A stretch of 56,841 bases of DNA from NCBI GenBank assembly GCA_964397675.1, contig CAYNKI010000001.1:1-56841 (forward strand), given 5' to 3'. The notes under the pieces are model-generated. The model had not been told where the DNA came from, did not search any database, and was given only the letters and a program-made list of their open reading frames with translations. How positions within the stretch are numbered: the stretch's first letter is position 1; each line of letters begins with the position of its first letter. This document shows positions 24,519-34,059 of the stretch, piece after piece. The translations under genes and the position numbers were made by a program. The stretch is from an uncultured Pirellulales bacterium. GTDB lineage: Bacteria > Planctomycetota > Phycisphaerae > Sedimentisphaerales > Anaerobacaceae.

Positions 24519-26085
24519 AATTGGTTTTTCCTGTGATTGTTTGTTCCGCTTTCTTTAGCAATTCAATTGCCACATTAAGTTTTTTTTTCTCTCTGTTGAC
24601 CTGTGCTTCTAACAAAAGTGTATCCACCGTGGGACGCTGCTTATTAATTTCGCTACTTAATTTCGATGCTTTGGTATAGTCACCCGCTTTGTAAAAAGCC
24701 TTTGCAGCCAGACTCTTCATCCACAACTCATTCTGGTGGTGTTCCACGATGTGTTCAAACATCTGAGCTGCTTGTGCCCAGTTCCCGTTTTTTTCCGCTA
24801 ACTCGGCTTGTTGAAGTCGGTTGTCAAACTGGAAAGGCAGCTCCTCAAAATTAGGTTGTCGTAATCTTATTCCTGCTGCCTTTATCGATTCCCGAACCGA
24901 TAGGTTTGGAAAGCACTTTCGAGCATACAGCAAGTCATCCTTTCTGACCACCGCAGCCCATCCCGAAGTACTTCGGGAATCGGTTGAGCCTTCCAATGCA
25001 AATCCTTCACTGCAAACTGAGCTGTTAATCAAAGCATACAATGAATTTTCTACCCACATCTGCTCTATGTTAAAGCCGGTTGGTACAATGGTAATATACT
25101 TACCATCACACTGAGCCAAAGCTGCGTCTGTTCGCTGGGCCTGGGAAGAAAGTGGATTAACAGGTATAAGGACCATATTCGGCATATCGGTATTTAGCGT
25201 AGCAAAATCTGCTTGCGGTAGCGGCAGATAAAGCTTGTAGGGGTAGAAGGTATGCCGCCAGATAGAACCGATAGTCTGCCCTGCTTGCTTATCCAGCCGA
25301 TCTGCTGCAAAAATGATGGACATATCCTCGATCTTTGGCCAGGGCTTGGCGGGCCTTGTAGTCCTTATTGCCAGAACATTCCTCAAGTATTCGTTTTGAT
25401 CTTTGCGCCGCTGGATTGATATTCTGTCGCATTCGTCAATAGGACTATAAAATTCGCCTGTGATTTCGTGTGCGTGATAGAAATCTGAGAAAAAAACCAG
25501 CCGCCGGGTCATGTCCCAATCGATTAGGACATTGAGCTGCTCATTATATGGCCCAGTTTTTTCAATCAAGTCCCTGCTGTGCATCAGGCATACGTGCAAG
25601 ACGTGATTGAAGAAAAGCATTAAAAACCGGTCGAAGTCTCGGCTGATTTCAACGACTTTGCCTAAAACCTGCCGGGTGCCGTCCGGCATAATCTTGCAAT
25701 ATGCCTTATACAAATCGCTGTATGCAACTTTACAGTCCGTCTGGTTTTCCAAGGCGTTAACTAAAGTTTCAATGTGATTGGGATAATATATATCGTCATC
25801 GTCAAGGTAGGCGATGTATTTGCCTTCCGCTCGGGCAAGAGCTTGGTTAAGCGAAAAGGCCTTACCTCGATTCTCTCTTCTATTGATAAATATTAACCGT
25901 GAATCGTTGTAAGAATTAATTATATCGCTTACGTCTTGACCCCCATCATTGACTACAATGACCTGCAGATTCTTATAACTCTGGTGTAAAGCGCTGGCGA
26001 GAGCCTCAGATAGATATCGAGGCCGATTAAAAGTCGGGATGAGTATACTGACCATCGGTCCAGTCTTTTTGCTGTTGTTTTCCAC
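24499..26085 (-). CDS. family 2 glycosyltransferase fused to C-terminal TPR
   Basis: GT2 N-terminus VSILIPTFNRPRYL...VNDGGQD...LDDDD and a TPR-like C-terminus. PAL-B at 24961 reads RSTSG. Confidence 0.8.
   Translation of the reverse strand: MENNSKKTGPMVSILIPTFNRPRYLSEALASALHQSYKNLQVIVVNDGGQDVSDIINSYNDSRLIFINRRENRGKAFSLNQALARAEGKYIAYLDDDDIYYPNHIETLVNALENQTDCKVAYSDLYKAYCKIMPDGTRQVLGKVVEISRDFDRFLMLFFNHVLHVCLMHSRDLIEKTGPYNEQLNVLIDWDMTRRLVFFSDFYHAHEITGEFYSPIDECDRISIQRRKDQNEYLRNVLAIRTTRPAKPWPKIEDMSIIFAADRLDKQAGQTIGSIWRHTFYPYKLYLPLPQADFATLNTDMPNMVLIPVNPLSSQAQRTDAALAQCDGKYITIVPTGFNIEQMWVENSLYALINSSVCSEGFALEGSTDSRSTSGWAAVVRKDDLLYARKCFPNLSVRESIKAAGIRLRQPNFEELPFQFDNRLQQAELAEKNGNWAQAAQMFEHIVEHHQNELWMKSLAAKAFYKAGDYTKASKLSSEINKQRPTVDTLLLEAQVNREKKKLNVAIELLKKAEQTITGKTNYGCNTG
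24961..24978. repeat. PAL-B
   Basis: Perfect, in the GT2-TPR gene (RSTSG). Confidence 0.95.
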
Positions 26086-26089
26086 TATC

Positions 26090-27622
26090 TCAGGACTGTT
26101 TAAACACTATTTGCTTGTCAATTCGTTGCAAATCAATTTCAGCTTCAAATTGGGTAAAAATTCTGTTAGTTTTGCTCAATTGTTCTTTCAAGGAATAGTT
26201 TTCTTCGACAAATTTACGATATCTTTCGGGCTCATATTTATCAGAAAGAATTTGTTCACAGAATTCTTCAGAGATGTTAAATAAAAACTCTTTTGGATAA
26301 ATTTGACTTGCCCCAGGAAAATTATGAATAACCGGCTTCAGCCCACAAGCCATGCCCTCCAACAATCCCATCCCCTGGCTTTCTCCGATGCTGGCCGAGA
26401 CAATATAGTCTTTGTCATTCAGCCAGGAATTTGTATCTTCCTGCCAGCCCTCAAAAAACACTACATCATCAAGACCAAGAGCATCAACCATATTTCTTAG
26501 ATATTGCTCAAGGGCCTGGTCCTGAAAGAAACCAGCGAAGAACAGACGGTATTCAGAATCAATATAGTGCATCTTTTGCATACATTGCAGAAGAAACATA
26601 GGATTCTTTCTCATATTCAGATATCCCACACAAGCGAGATTCTTGCCGCGCTGCCTATTGATAAATTTAAACTTATCAAAGTTGACACCGTTAGGAATCG
26701 TGACCAGTCGTGTGCGATTTTCAACATCAGGAACTTGCTTAAGTAAAGCGTCTTTTACAAATGAGTTGCCAACCGTAATAAGTGTATCGATGCTCTCCCA
26801 TTGTACCTGGTTCGGCCATCTATCGTATGCCTCAAATCGGTGCAGCCTGACAATATTTTTACAGACCTTCGGCAGTTTTGATGCTTCTACAGCCATATCG
26901 GTGCACCACTCGAACCAGGAGATATCACTCCATTTCATCAATTCATACATTTGGTCAATACTTTGCATTTGAAAAAGCTGCACTGGGAAACGGCATTTGG
27001 TAAACTCGTAAATATCTGTCAGGAACTTTTGGTCGGCTAAACCGCAGAAGAAGGCAATTTTAGGTCTTTTGCTGCGAATCACATCAATCATCGGCCTAAG
27101 AATTTCTTGCTCGGGTGCCAACTGTAGTGAGCGCATCAACGTATCGATGGCGTCAGCCTTATTGTCCTGGTTTAAAAATACATTAGCTGTTCTGTTAAGC
27201 ACATCCACATTAAGTATGCCCATTCGTTCCATATCATCAAAAAGCTGCGTGGCTTCATTTGCTCTGCCGTCAGCAAGATAAGCTTCTACTAAATTCCAAA
27301 CTATCTCAGCATCCCGCACCAATTGAACCGGAGACTGTGGGTCATGGCTCAAATGTGTCCCGATGTACATCGGCAGGGCCAGCTCCGCAGAACAATTGGT
27401 GCGGGACAAATTTCTTGCTTTGACCAAATAATTGATGGCTTCCTCTGAGCGACCCAAACAGTGCAGGATTGCACCAGCATCGTTTAGTGCCTGCGCATCA
27501 TGAGGTGCTGCTCGAAGGTGCTGCTCAATACAAGCAAGAGCTTCTTGATATTCACCGGCCTCAGCTAATTCTGTACCTCTTTGATAATCATTTGTTCCCG
27601 TTGTCATTGGTTCTGCTCCCAA
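26090..27622 (-). CDS. N-terminal TPR fused to GT4-type (Glycos_transf_1) glycosyltransferase
   Basis: TPR N-terminus (GEYQEALACIEQHL). C-terminal GT-B motif SIGESQGMGLLEGMACGLKPV. PAL-A at 27358 reads PMYIGT. Confidence 0.75.
   Translation of the reverse strand: MGAEPMTTGTNDYQRGTELAEAGEYQEALACIEQHLRAAPHDAQALNDAGAILHCLGRSEEAINYLVKARNLSRTNCSAELALPMYIGTHLSHDPQSPVQLVRDAEIVWNLVEAYLADGRANEATQLFDDMERMGILNVDVLNRTANVFLNQDNKADAIDTLMRSLQLAPEQEILRPMIDVIRSKRPKIAFFCGLADQKFLTDIYEFTKCRFPVQLFQMQSIDQMYELMKWSDISWFEWCTDMAVEASKLPKVCKNIVRLHRFEAYDRWPNQVQWESIDTLITVGNSFVKDALLKQVPDVENRTRLVTIPNGVNFDKFKFINRQRGKNLACVGYLNMRKNPMFLLQCMQKMHYIDSEYRLFFAGFFQDQALEQYLRNMVDALGLDDVVFFEGWQEDTNSWLNDKDYIVSASIGESQGMGLLEGMACGLKPVIHNFPGASQIYPKEFLFNISEEFCEQILSDKYEPERYRKFVEENYSLKEQLSKTNRIFTQFEAEIDLQRIDKQIVFKQS
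27358..27375. repeat. PAL-A, 1 mismatch
   Basis: TCCCGATGTACATCGGCA in the TPR-GT4 gene (PMYIGT). Confidence 0.8.
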
Positions 27623-27666
27623 TTCTTAAAAGCGGTCTTACAATGGTTTTAACTTGGTACATTAGT

Positions 27667-27681
27667 GCAAATTCTGTGCCG
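27667..27681 (-). promoter_or_regulatory. sigma54 promoter of the TPR/glycosyltransferase operon
   Basis: The minus strand reads cGGCACagaatTTGCa. About 45 nt upstream of ATG 27622. Confidence 0.65.
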
Positions 27682-27764
27682 TCACCCAAGATACGTATTT
27701 TTTTGCTACTTTGCAGGCTCAGCTATAAAAGTTGCATAAATATCAGACATAAATGTCGTTTGAA

Positions 27765-27782
27765 TCCCGATGTACATCGGGA
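27765..27782. repeat. PAL-A, extends to a 24-bp perfect palindrome (27762-27785)
   Basis: Intergenic, 83 nt upstream of the sigma54 promoter at 27667-27681 and just downstream of the flgL stop. Confidence 0.95.
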
Positions 27783-27805
27783 TTCCTAATTTTTGCGTCC
27801 AACAA

Positions 27806-28993
27806 TTATTGGATGAAATCCAGCAGCGACATAGACATAAGCTTTCCAGCTACCGATAATGACATTTGGTATAGAATTTCACTGCGAGAAAGGTCTATAG
27901 CTATCTGGGTAATGTCAGCTTCCTGCAAACGGGTCGCTTCGTCCTCTGTGTTATACTTAAGGTTCTTAAGAGTATCTTCGAGGTTGTCCAAGAATCCAAC
28001 TTTTGATCCAACAGAAACTCCGGTCTGTACCAGTAAACTATTTATCTCTTCCAACGACTGTAGAGAATTATTAAGCAGCTCTTGCAATTGAGCATCAGAA
28101 AGTCCCCTTTCATTTTTCAGTATATCCCGGATGCTGATAAGGGTGTTAAATACATCGTAAGTTCCTGGTACCCTTACTATCTCGATCCCGGTGCTATTTA
28201 TTTCCGTACTGTCAACATATAAAACTCTGCCGGTTCTCGAATCCGTTACGGCTTGGTTGGTATCCCCGCCGGTCGGAACAGTTACATAGCTTGCCCCATC
28301 ATCTATGGAGAGCTTATAATTGCTGCCATCATGAATTACTGTCAGCCAGGTGTCACCGTTAACGCTGGATGTCCCCGTGCCGGCTTTGGCACCGGTATTA
28401 CCGAGAAAAATAGGGGTGCCACGATTGCTCGAACCAAAGATATCATCACCTACGTAAAAAGCTGAAGATTTCAACCCGGGAGCCACCCCTATATTTCGAT
28501 TTTCAGCACTACCTTGATAAGTTACACTGGTGATTTGGCCATTAGTGCGCTGCACAACATAGGGCGCCGAGGCTGTGTTGCTTCCTCCAAACAGGTATTG
28601 GTTCGCATGTTTAGTATTAGCCAATGAGACCATCTGCTCAAGTATAACATTGATTCCTTCTGCAGTTCTTTGTCGCCCTATATCACCGTAAGTGCCGCTG
28701 GTAATTTGAGTTAGACGTATTTTCGTTTCCACTATTGATGATATCATATCCTGAATTATCGTTGTGGTAATTTCCAGTGTCCCTACCATCTCTGACAAAT
28801 TGTCTATATAATTTTTCAGTGACCTCTGCTGAGAATTAAGCCCTAAAACCTGATATGCAGTAGATGGGTCATCAGATGCCCTATTTATCCGAGACCCTGT
28901 AGATGCCTGTTCTTGTAGGCGAGCAATTGCCTTGCTCTGCAAATACAAAGCCAAGCTAATATTATCGTAAATACTACTAAGCGTTCCGCTCAT
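27806..28993 (-). CDS. flgL: flagellar hook-associated protein 3 FlgL
   Basis: ORF 27806..29017. Flagellin-superfamily N-terminus (GSRINRASDDPSTAYQVLGL) and C-terminus. Directly downstream of flgK. ATG 28993 is preferred because the upstream codons lie in a composite repeat. Confidence 0.75.
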   Translation of the reverse strand: MSGTLSSIYDNISLALYLQSKAIARLQEQASTGSRINRASDDPSTAYQVLGLNSQQRSLKNYIDNLSEMVGTLEITTTIIQDMISSIVETKIRLTQITSGTYGDIGRQRTAEGINVILEQMVSLANTKHANQYLFGGSNTASAPYVVQRTNGQITSVTYQGSAENRNIGVAPGLKSSAFYVGDDIFGSSNRGTPIFLGNTGAKAGTGTSSVNGDTWLTVIHDGSNYKLSIDDGASYVTVPTGGDTNQAVTDSRTGRVLYVDSTEINSTGIEIVRVPGTYDVFNTLISIRDILKNERGLSDAQLQELLNNSLQSLEEINSLLVQTGVSVGSKVGFLDNLEDTLKNLKYNTEDEATRLQEADITQIAIDLSRSEILYQMSLSVAGKLMSMSLLDFIQ

Positions 28994-29004
28994 TAAGAAA
29001 GCCA

Positions 29005-29100
29005 AATAAAAAATCAAAAATTAAAAATCAAAACTTTGGTGTTGCCGCTACACGGCAACGAATTCCTTAATTTTGCATTTTGCATTTTTATGTTTAATTT
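29005..29100. repeat. composite A/T-heptad hairpin element
   Basis: flgK|flgL junction. Core GTTGCCGCTACACGGCAAC (29041-29059). Confidence 0.9.
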
Positions 29101-29103
29101 TCT

Positions 29104-31086
29104 TTAGATTATTTCCATAATAGTTCGCAGCGACGATTGAACGGTGGTTAGATATTTGGCTATTGCCTGAAACATCTGTTCAAAAATCAACATCTGGGCA
29201 GCTTCATCGTTGATATTGACGCCACTTATCTCGCTTTGCTTGTTGGCAAGATTTTGAACCATGACCTCAAGATTATCCTGGCGCATTTGTTTGATAGAGA
29301 TTTGCTGACCGACATTAGCAATCATCCGATTATAAAACTCTCCAGGCGTCATGGCATTCAAACTACTTATAGCTTGGTCCTTTAATCCTACCAGCTGCAG
29401 GGCATTGGTATTGTCAGTAAAATCAGCTCCCAGGGCTGTTGCAATTCTTCTTGGCGAATTGATAAGATCTGAGCAAACTGCCATATCCATAGCGCTGCTA
29501 CCAGAAAAAAAGGTGTTCATTCCAACTGCTGCCAGCACTCCCGAAGTATCAGTATCCGCAAAAGCATCGATACTAAAGGAATCTCCGTTAACCAGATCAC
29601 CTGTACTAAGAGATATCTTGATTCCATTGCCCACATCAAACTTGTCACCTGCCGCATAACCGGAACCGATATTGAGAGTAGTAACTGTCTCTAAGACGCC
29701 GTTAGTCACTGTCAGGCTGAGGGTGCCATTTCCAACCTCGCCGGTACCGGAGACCGTGAACGTGAAAGTATCGTTTGAGCTTCCCGTATAAATTCCTGAT
29801 ACACTCACAGTCGGATCGGATGACCCGTTGAAATCAATGTCAGCAGCCTCAGGCTCAGGTAGAACGGCAGGCAGAAAATCAAATTTATAGTCTGTCTGAG
29901 CCTGGATACACAGCTTCAAAGAAGCTGCCGAAGCAGTCAATGGATTCAGACCATCAACTTCAATTGCCGAAATATCCGTGGCTATTGTAGTTAATGAACC
30001 AGTCAATACATCAACATTGATTTCGTGGCGTGTTATTTCTCCGGTACTGGTATTTGTAACCCTTATATATATTTTACCATCATTTACAGGTGGGTCGAAA
30101 TCAGCGATATCCTCACTTGCCATCCTCCAGCCGGTCAGTTCGCTAAAGGAGCCTTCTGAACCTACTCCTTGAAAATGGCATTGATTTACCTGATTTATTA
30201 TAGCCTTTGCTAAGGTGTTCAATTCATCGTTAATCCCATAGATAAAGTCATTTTTCAATGACAACAATCCGCCGAGTCTTCCACCTTGTACATTCGTGTT
30301 ATAATTATGCACGCCAGCGGCAGAAATACCCATATATTTGTTATCTTTCAAACCCACTTCTAATTCGGTTACAGAGGGCCCTGACACCACGGGTATTCCA
30401 GCAATACTAATATCTACCACGCCATACTCTCGTTGCTGGGTCTGGATACCAACCAATTCGGACAGCTCTGTTATGAGCTGGTCCCTTTGATCACGCAAAT
30501 TGTTGGCCTGTCCACAGTTGATTTCCATCTTTTCTATGCTGTCGTTGAGCTCGGCAATCTGGCCTATTAGTGTATTAATCCGCTCAATGGCATTTTCTGC
30601 TTCTAATGTAATCTGGGCTTCTAACCTGCATAGGAATTCTCCTAATGTTCTAAATTGTCCAGCCAAATTCTGACCAGCAGTTACAGCTTGGCTTTGCCAA
30701 ACAATATCCAAGGGATGAGCACTCAGATCCTGTAACGCATTGAAAAATTCGTCTATCGTTTTACTCAAACTGCTGCCAACCGAAAGCTCTCCAAACGCAT
30801 TTTCAAGATTTTGCAGCGTCACAAGCTCCCGTGAAATCTGTCCGGATGACGAACGCTGCCGGAGAATTTCTTGCTCCAGGAGACTGTCTATTAATCGGGT
30901 GACTCCAGAAACGCTTACACCTCCACCCAGCACAACCGAACCAGCTTGCGACGAATATGCGGGAGTAAGCTCTATTCTCTGGCGGTGGTAGCCATCAGTA
31001 ACCGCATTGGCAATATTATTGCCGATTATGTTAAGAGCCTTCTGGGCTGCATCAAGACCGCTCATTGCTATGGAATAATCCTGCAT
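29104..31086 (-). CDS. flgK: flagellar hook-associated protein 1 FlgK
   Basis: N-terminus SGLDAAQKALNIIGNNIANAVTDGYHRQ and a C-terminal rod/hook-family block (NINDEAAQMLIFEQMFQA). 660 aa. Confidence 0.9.
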   Translation of the reverse strand: MQDYSIAMSGLDAAQKALNIIGNNIANAVTDGYHRQRIELTPAYSSQAGSVVLGGGVSVSGVTRLIDSLLEQEILRQRSSSGQISRELVTLQNLENAFGELSVGSSLSKTIDEFFNALQDLSAHPLDIVWQSQAVTAGQNLAGQFRTLGEFLCRLEAQITLEAENAIERINTLIGQIAELNDSIEKMEINCGQANNLRDQRDQLITELSELVGIQTQQREYGVVDISIAGIPVVSGPSVTELEVGLKDNKYMGISAAGVHNYNTNVQGGRLGGLLSLKNDFIYGINDELNTLAKAIINQVNQCHFQGVGSEGSFSELTGWRMASEDIADFDPPVNDGKIYIRVTNTSTGEITRHEINVDVLTGSLTTIATDISAIEVDGLNPLTASAASLKLCIQAQTDYKFDFLPAVLPEPEAADIDFNGSSDPTVSVSGIYTGSSNDTFTFTVSGTGEVGNGTLSLTVTNGVLETVTTLNIGSGYAAGDKFDVGNGIKISLSTGDLVNGDSFSIDAFADTDTSGVLAAVGMNTFFSGSSAMDMAVCSDLINSPRRIATALGADFTDNTNALQLVGLKDQAISSLNAMTPGEFYNRMIANVGQQISIKQMRQDNLEVMVQNLANKQSEISGVNINDEAAQMLIFEQMFQAIAKYLTTVQSSLRTIMEII

Positions 31087-31100
31087 CTCTTTTCCTCTTA

Positions 31101-31129
31101 GTTATTGGTAACTGGTAATTACCAATAAC
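31101..31129. repeat. heptad hairpin TTATTGG TAACTGG TAATTAC CAATAAC
   Basis: The 11-bp stem GTTATTGGTAA / TTACCAATAAC lies between the flgN-like gene and flgK. Confidence 0.8.
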
Positions 31130-31136
31130 AATTTGC

Positions 31137-31754
31137 TCAAAGCTGCAAGCTAACAAAAGCCGTGCTCGTTTGCTGTTTGGTCGCACCGTTGGGACTATAC
31201 ATAACCATTTCCGTCCCCGAAGTACTTCGGGGGTCGAAAATAGCTCTTAAAAGTAAATTGTTGAATCTGGCACATTCCGACAAAAGCAATACCGTACTTA
31301 AATGTTCTTTCTTAATCTGCTCAATCAGCACTTTTAGTTTTATTCTTCTATCCCCGATGTGCATCGGGGCTTTTTTCCCCTTTGGCAGTGTGGCTTCAAG
31401 CGCCGATAGAGTTATTTGCTCAACCCCGCAATCAAAAGTGTCCGCTAAATCTTTTCGTATCGACTGGCGCTCTAATTCATTGGCAGCATAACTATCTGCT
31501 TCAGCCTGGATTTTCTGCAGCAGCTTGCTTAAAGCTACATCGTCTCGCTTTATGACCAGGCTGCGTAATTCATTCAAACAGGACAAGCTTTCTTGTATAT
31601 GCTGGATATCTTTGTCTAAAACAGCCAGAAGCTCATCAACCACGTTAGAGACTTTTTCTTGGAGACCTGAGTCTTCTAATAGGCGTTCTCTAACGGGGTC
31701 AAGTTTATCCGCCACGGCGGATTTATTTTGCATTATTTCTGCTGCTACTTTCAT
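31137..31754 (-). CDS. FlgN-like export chaperone (tentative)
   Basis: 205-aa helical protein immediately upstream of flgK, the usual flgN position. It contains PAL-B (RSTSG) and a PAL-A variant (PMHIGD). Confidence 0.45.
   Translation of the reverse strand: MKVAAEIMQNKSAVADKLDPVRERLLEDSGLQEKVSNVVDELLAVLDKDIQHIQESLSCLNELRSLVIKRDDVALSKLLQKIQAEADSYAANELERQSIRKDLADTFDCGVEQITLSALEATLPKGKKAPMHIGDRRIKLKVLIEQIKKEHLSTVLLLSECARFNNLLLRAIFDPRSTSGTEMVMYSPNGATKQQTSTAFVSLQL
31215..31232. repeat. PAL-B with C..G outer pair
   Basis: CCCCGAAGTACTTCGGGG in the flgN-like gene (RSTSG). Confidence 0.95.
31352..31369. repeat. PAL-A, centre GTGC
   Basis: CCCCGATGTGCATCGGGG in the flgN-like gene (PMHIGD). Confidence 0.9.
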
Positions 31755-32197
31755 ATATTCTCATTCAGTGATTCTACTGTCGGCTGGTTGGCAGCCCCAA
31801 GCTGCGATTGAGGCTGCCACTCAGCGTTAGTTAAAAACTTGTCTGCCGACAGGCAAGATTCGTATATGTCCTTCCATAATCCGAAGCCGCCCTTGCTTGC
31901 AATATCACGAGCAAGGTATAACCAAAATATTCCCTTAATTTGTGTGGAAACTCCATCTTTTTCAAAACCCCAGTCTCCGATAGTATCTTTCATTTCATCC
32001 AGCAACTTATTGAGCAATACCGACTCAAAGTCTCTGGCTATTTGCTTCTTCTTCTCGTCTGAAGACCCGTCGATCTTGCCTGGCTGTTCCGTTGCAATTT
32101 TTTTGCCAAGTGAAACCATCCCGACGTACATCGGGACATTATCTAATGGCCTCGGTGGTAACACCGGCTCGGATAATATCAATTTTGTGCTTTCCAT
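31751..32197 (-). CDS. flgJ: rod-binding protein (FlgJ N-terminal domain-like)
   Basis: Rod_binding-type motifs ARDFESVLLNKLLDEMKDT and ARDIASKGGFGLWKDIY. No muramidase domain. Degenerate PAL-A reads PMYVGM. Confidence 0.65.
   Translation of the reverse strand: MESTKLILSEPVLPPRPLDNVPMYVGMVSLGKKIATEQPGKIDGSSDEKKKQIARDFESVLLNKLLDEMKDTIGDWGFEKDGVSTQIKGIFWLYLARDIASKGGFGLWKDIYESCLSADKFLTNAEWQPQSQLGAANQPTVESLNENI
31794..31821. repeat. family 3 repeat
   Basis: CCCCAAGCTGCGATTGAGGCTGCCACTC in the flgJ-like 3' part. GGCAGCC...GGCTGCC form a stem. Confidence 0.7.
32119..32136. repeat. PAL-A, 1 mismatch
   Basis: TCCCGACGTACATCGGGA in the flgJ-like gene (PMYVGM). Confidence 0.8.
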
Positions 32198-32215
32198 TAA
32201 AATACCTCTATGGTT

Positions 32216-32228
32216 CCCGCAAGGCGGG
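32216..32228. repeat. GC hairpin CCCGCAAGGCGGG
   Basis: In the flgI / flgJ-like intergenic region. The flanks match the 42745 copy (GGTTCCCGCAAGGCGGGGTCCC). Confidence 0.75.
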
Positions 32229-32232
32229 GTCC

Positions 32233-33381
32233 CTACATTATCACCAGCCTTGACTGAAGAGCTCCTGCCTTTTTCAAGGCATTAAATATCGCTATCAGGT
32301 CTCTTGGTGTCGCCCCTATCGCATTGAGTGCCTTAGCTAATTCTGAGACAGTAACTGAGCGTGAAATAGGAATCAAATATGCATCCTTTTCCTCAACACC
32401 AATCATAGTTTCAGGAATGACTTCCGTTGTGCCGGCATCAGAGAAAGGTGCGGTAGGCTGAGACACTCTTGCGGTTTCTGTGATCTTTACCACCAGGCTG
32501 CCCTGCGAGATTGCCACTGCCGAAATAGCGACTTTTTCTCCCACCACAATGGTGCCGGTACGTTCATTGATAACTACTATAGCAGGAATATCAACTGTCA
32601 CCTCCGGCTTTGTAATATCATCGATAAAGCCGGCTATGCCCGCCTGATTGATTTTGCTGGGAACTTTAACGTTGATAGTACCGGCATCAACTACTACTGC
32701 AATATCTGGATAAGTCTGGTTGACGACTTTGCTGATTCGCTCGGCAGTTGAAAAATCGCTGTTTCTAAGATGAAACGTGATGAATCTCTGTCCGCCAATG
32801 TTTTCGACAAATGTGGCTATTTCTTCCTTTTCAACTATTGCGCCTTCGGGGATTCGCCCGACTGTTTGATGGTTCTTAGTAATTGAAGCCTTCTGGCCTG
32901 TTACTGTCCAGCCCCCGATTGAGATACCTCCCTGGGCAACAGCATAAACCTGGCCGTCAAGGCCTGCTAACGGTGTCGGCAAAAGCATTCCACCTTGAAG
33001 GCTTTTGGCATCTCCTATAGCAGAGACATCAACATCGATGCGCGAACCTTCACGAGCAAAAGGACCCAGCTCGGCTGTAACCATAACCATAGCAATATTG
33101 CCGCCGGTCAAGTCGGTAGGACTAAGAATTATACCAGCGTCCCTCAATATATTCGTTAGCATTTGTCGTGATGGCAGCGTGCTGTCACCGGTGTCAGCCA
33201 GACCTATAACCAATCCGATACCTGTGAGTGGATTACTGCGCAAGCCTTGAATATCAACAATATCCTTTATCCTCTCGCATTGCCCAACTTTAGCCAGAAG
33301 TGCACAAGCTATAAGAGCACAAGTCATAAGAGTTGTGGTATTTTTGTGACCTTGTACTTTTACGCTCTCAGTTGATTTCAT
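32233..33381 (-). CDS. flgI: flagellar P-ring protein FlgI
   Basis: Signal peptide followed by RIKDIVDIQGLRSNPLTGIGLVIGLADTGD, the canonical FlgI N-terminus. Confidence 0.95.
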   Translation of the reverse strand: MKSTESVKVQGHKNTTTLMTCALIACALLAKVGQCERIKDIVDIQGLRSNPLTGIGLVIGLADTGDSTLPSRQMLTNILRDAGIILSPTDLTGGNIAMVMVTAELGPFAREGSRIDVDVSAIGDAKSLQGGMLLPTPLAGLDGQVYAVAQGGISIGGWTVTGQKASITKNHQTVGRIPEGAIVEKEEIATFVENIGGQRFITFHLRNSDFSTAERISKVVNQTYPDIAVVVDAGTINVKVPSKINQAGIAGFIDDITKPEVTVDIPAIVVINERTGTIVVGEKVAISAVAISQGSLVVKITETARVSQPTAPFSDAGTTEVIPETMIGVEEKDAYLIPISRSVTVSELAKALNAIGATPRDLIAIFNALKKAGALQSRLVIM

Positions 33382-33430
33382 AAGCTATCACTTTCAAAAA
33401 AATTTACACCGGAACCTTCCGCAAGAGGAT

Positions 33431-34048
33431 CTAAAATGGCCAAAGGATGTCAAATATGCCACCGAGCCAGCCCGGCCTCGTATATGGCGCTGCGACACCA
33501 CTATTTTTTGACACGATACGGAAGTTCGCTACCTGCTCACTTCGGACCGTGTTATCAAACACGATATCGCTGGGTCTGACTATACCACTTACCTCAATGG
33601 TTTGTATGTCACCTGCGATGTTGCGGTCACGGGCGCCCATAACCACGAGATTGCGGTTTGGCAGGACATCTATAACCACGACGGTTACTCGATCGACAAA
33701 GCTGCGCTCGTCTTTATAATCAGCCTTGCTGGTCAACTCATTATTGGCTTGGGCCTGCATAGTCAAACCTGGTATGCTTGGCAGGATATGATCGATATTC
33801 AGTTCTCCATTAAAAGTGCTTGACCGATCAGTCTCCTTTTTCAGATCTCTTTTTGCTTTGTTATCGACTTTACTGTCCTCGGTGATTTTGATGGTCAGGA
33901 TGTCACCTATATTGCGGGCTATGTCATCGGCATATAGATCTTTCATATTCTTGTCCCTCTTAGCCCAGATAGAGCCAGCTTGTGAGCACGCAGCCGATAA
34001 AAGCATCCAAACCATTAATACAAGCACTAAATTTATTCTGCTATTCAT
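33431..34048 (-). CDS. flgH: flagellar L-ring lipoprotein FlgH
   Basis: Lipobox LSAAC and FlgH motifs (IGDILTIKITEDSKV, IEVSGIVRPSDI). Confidence 0.9.
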   Translation of the reverse strand: MNSRINLVLVLMVWMLLSAACSQAGSIWAKRDKNMKDLYADDIARNIGDILTIKITEDSKVDNKAKRDLKKETDRSSTFNGELNIDHILPSIPGLTMQAQANNELTSKADYKDERSFVDRVTVVVIDVLPNRNLVVMGARDRNIAGDIQTIEVSGIVRPSDIVFDNTVRSEQVANFRIVSKNSGVAAPYTRPGWLGGIFDILWPF

Positions 34049-34059
34049 TGTTTCTCCTC

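Noticed and set aside
27762-27785. PAL hairpins might act as rho-independent terminators.
   Set aside because: None of the copies I checked is followed by a T-tract, and most are inside ORFs. A role in RNA stability or processing is not excluded.
27806-29017. The flagellin-superfamily protein might be the filament flagellin FliC.
   Set aside because: Its position directly downstream of flgK and its N-terminal pattern fit FlgL better. This is not proven without a profile search.
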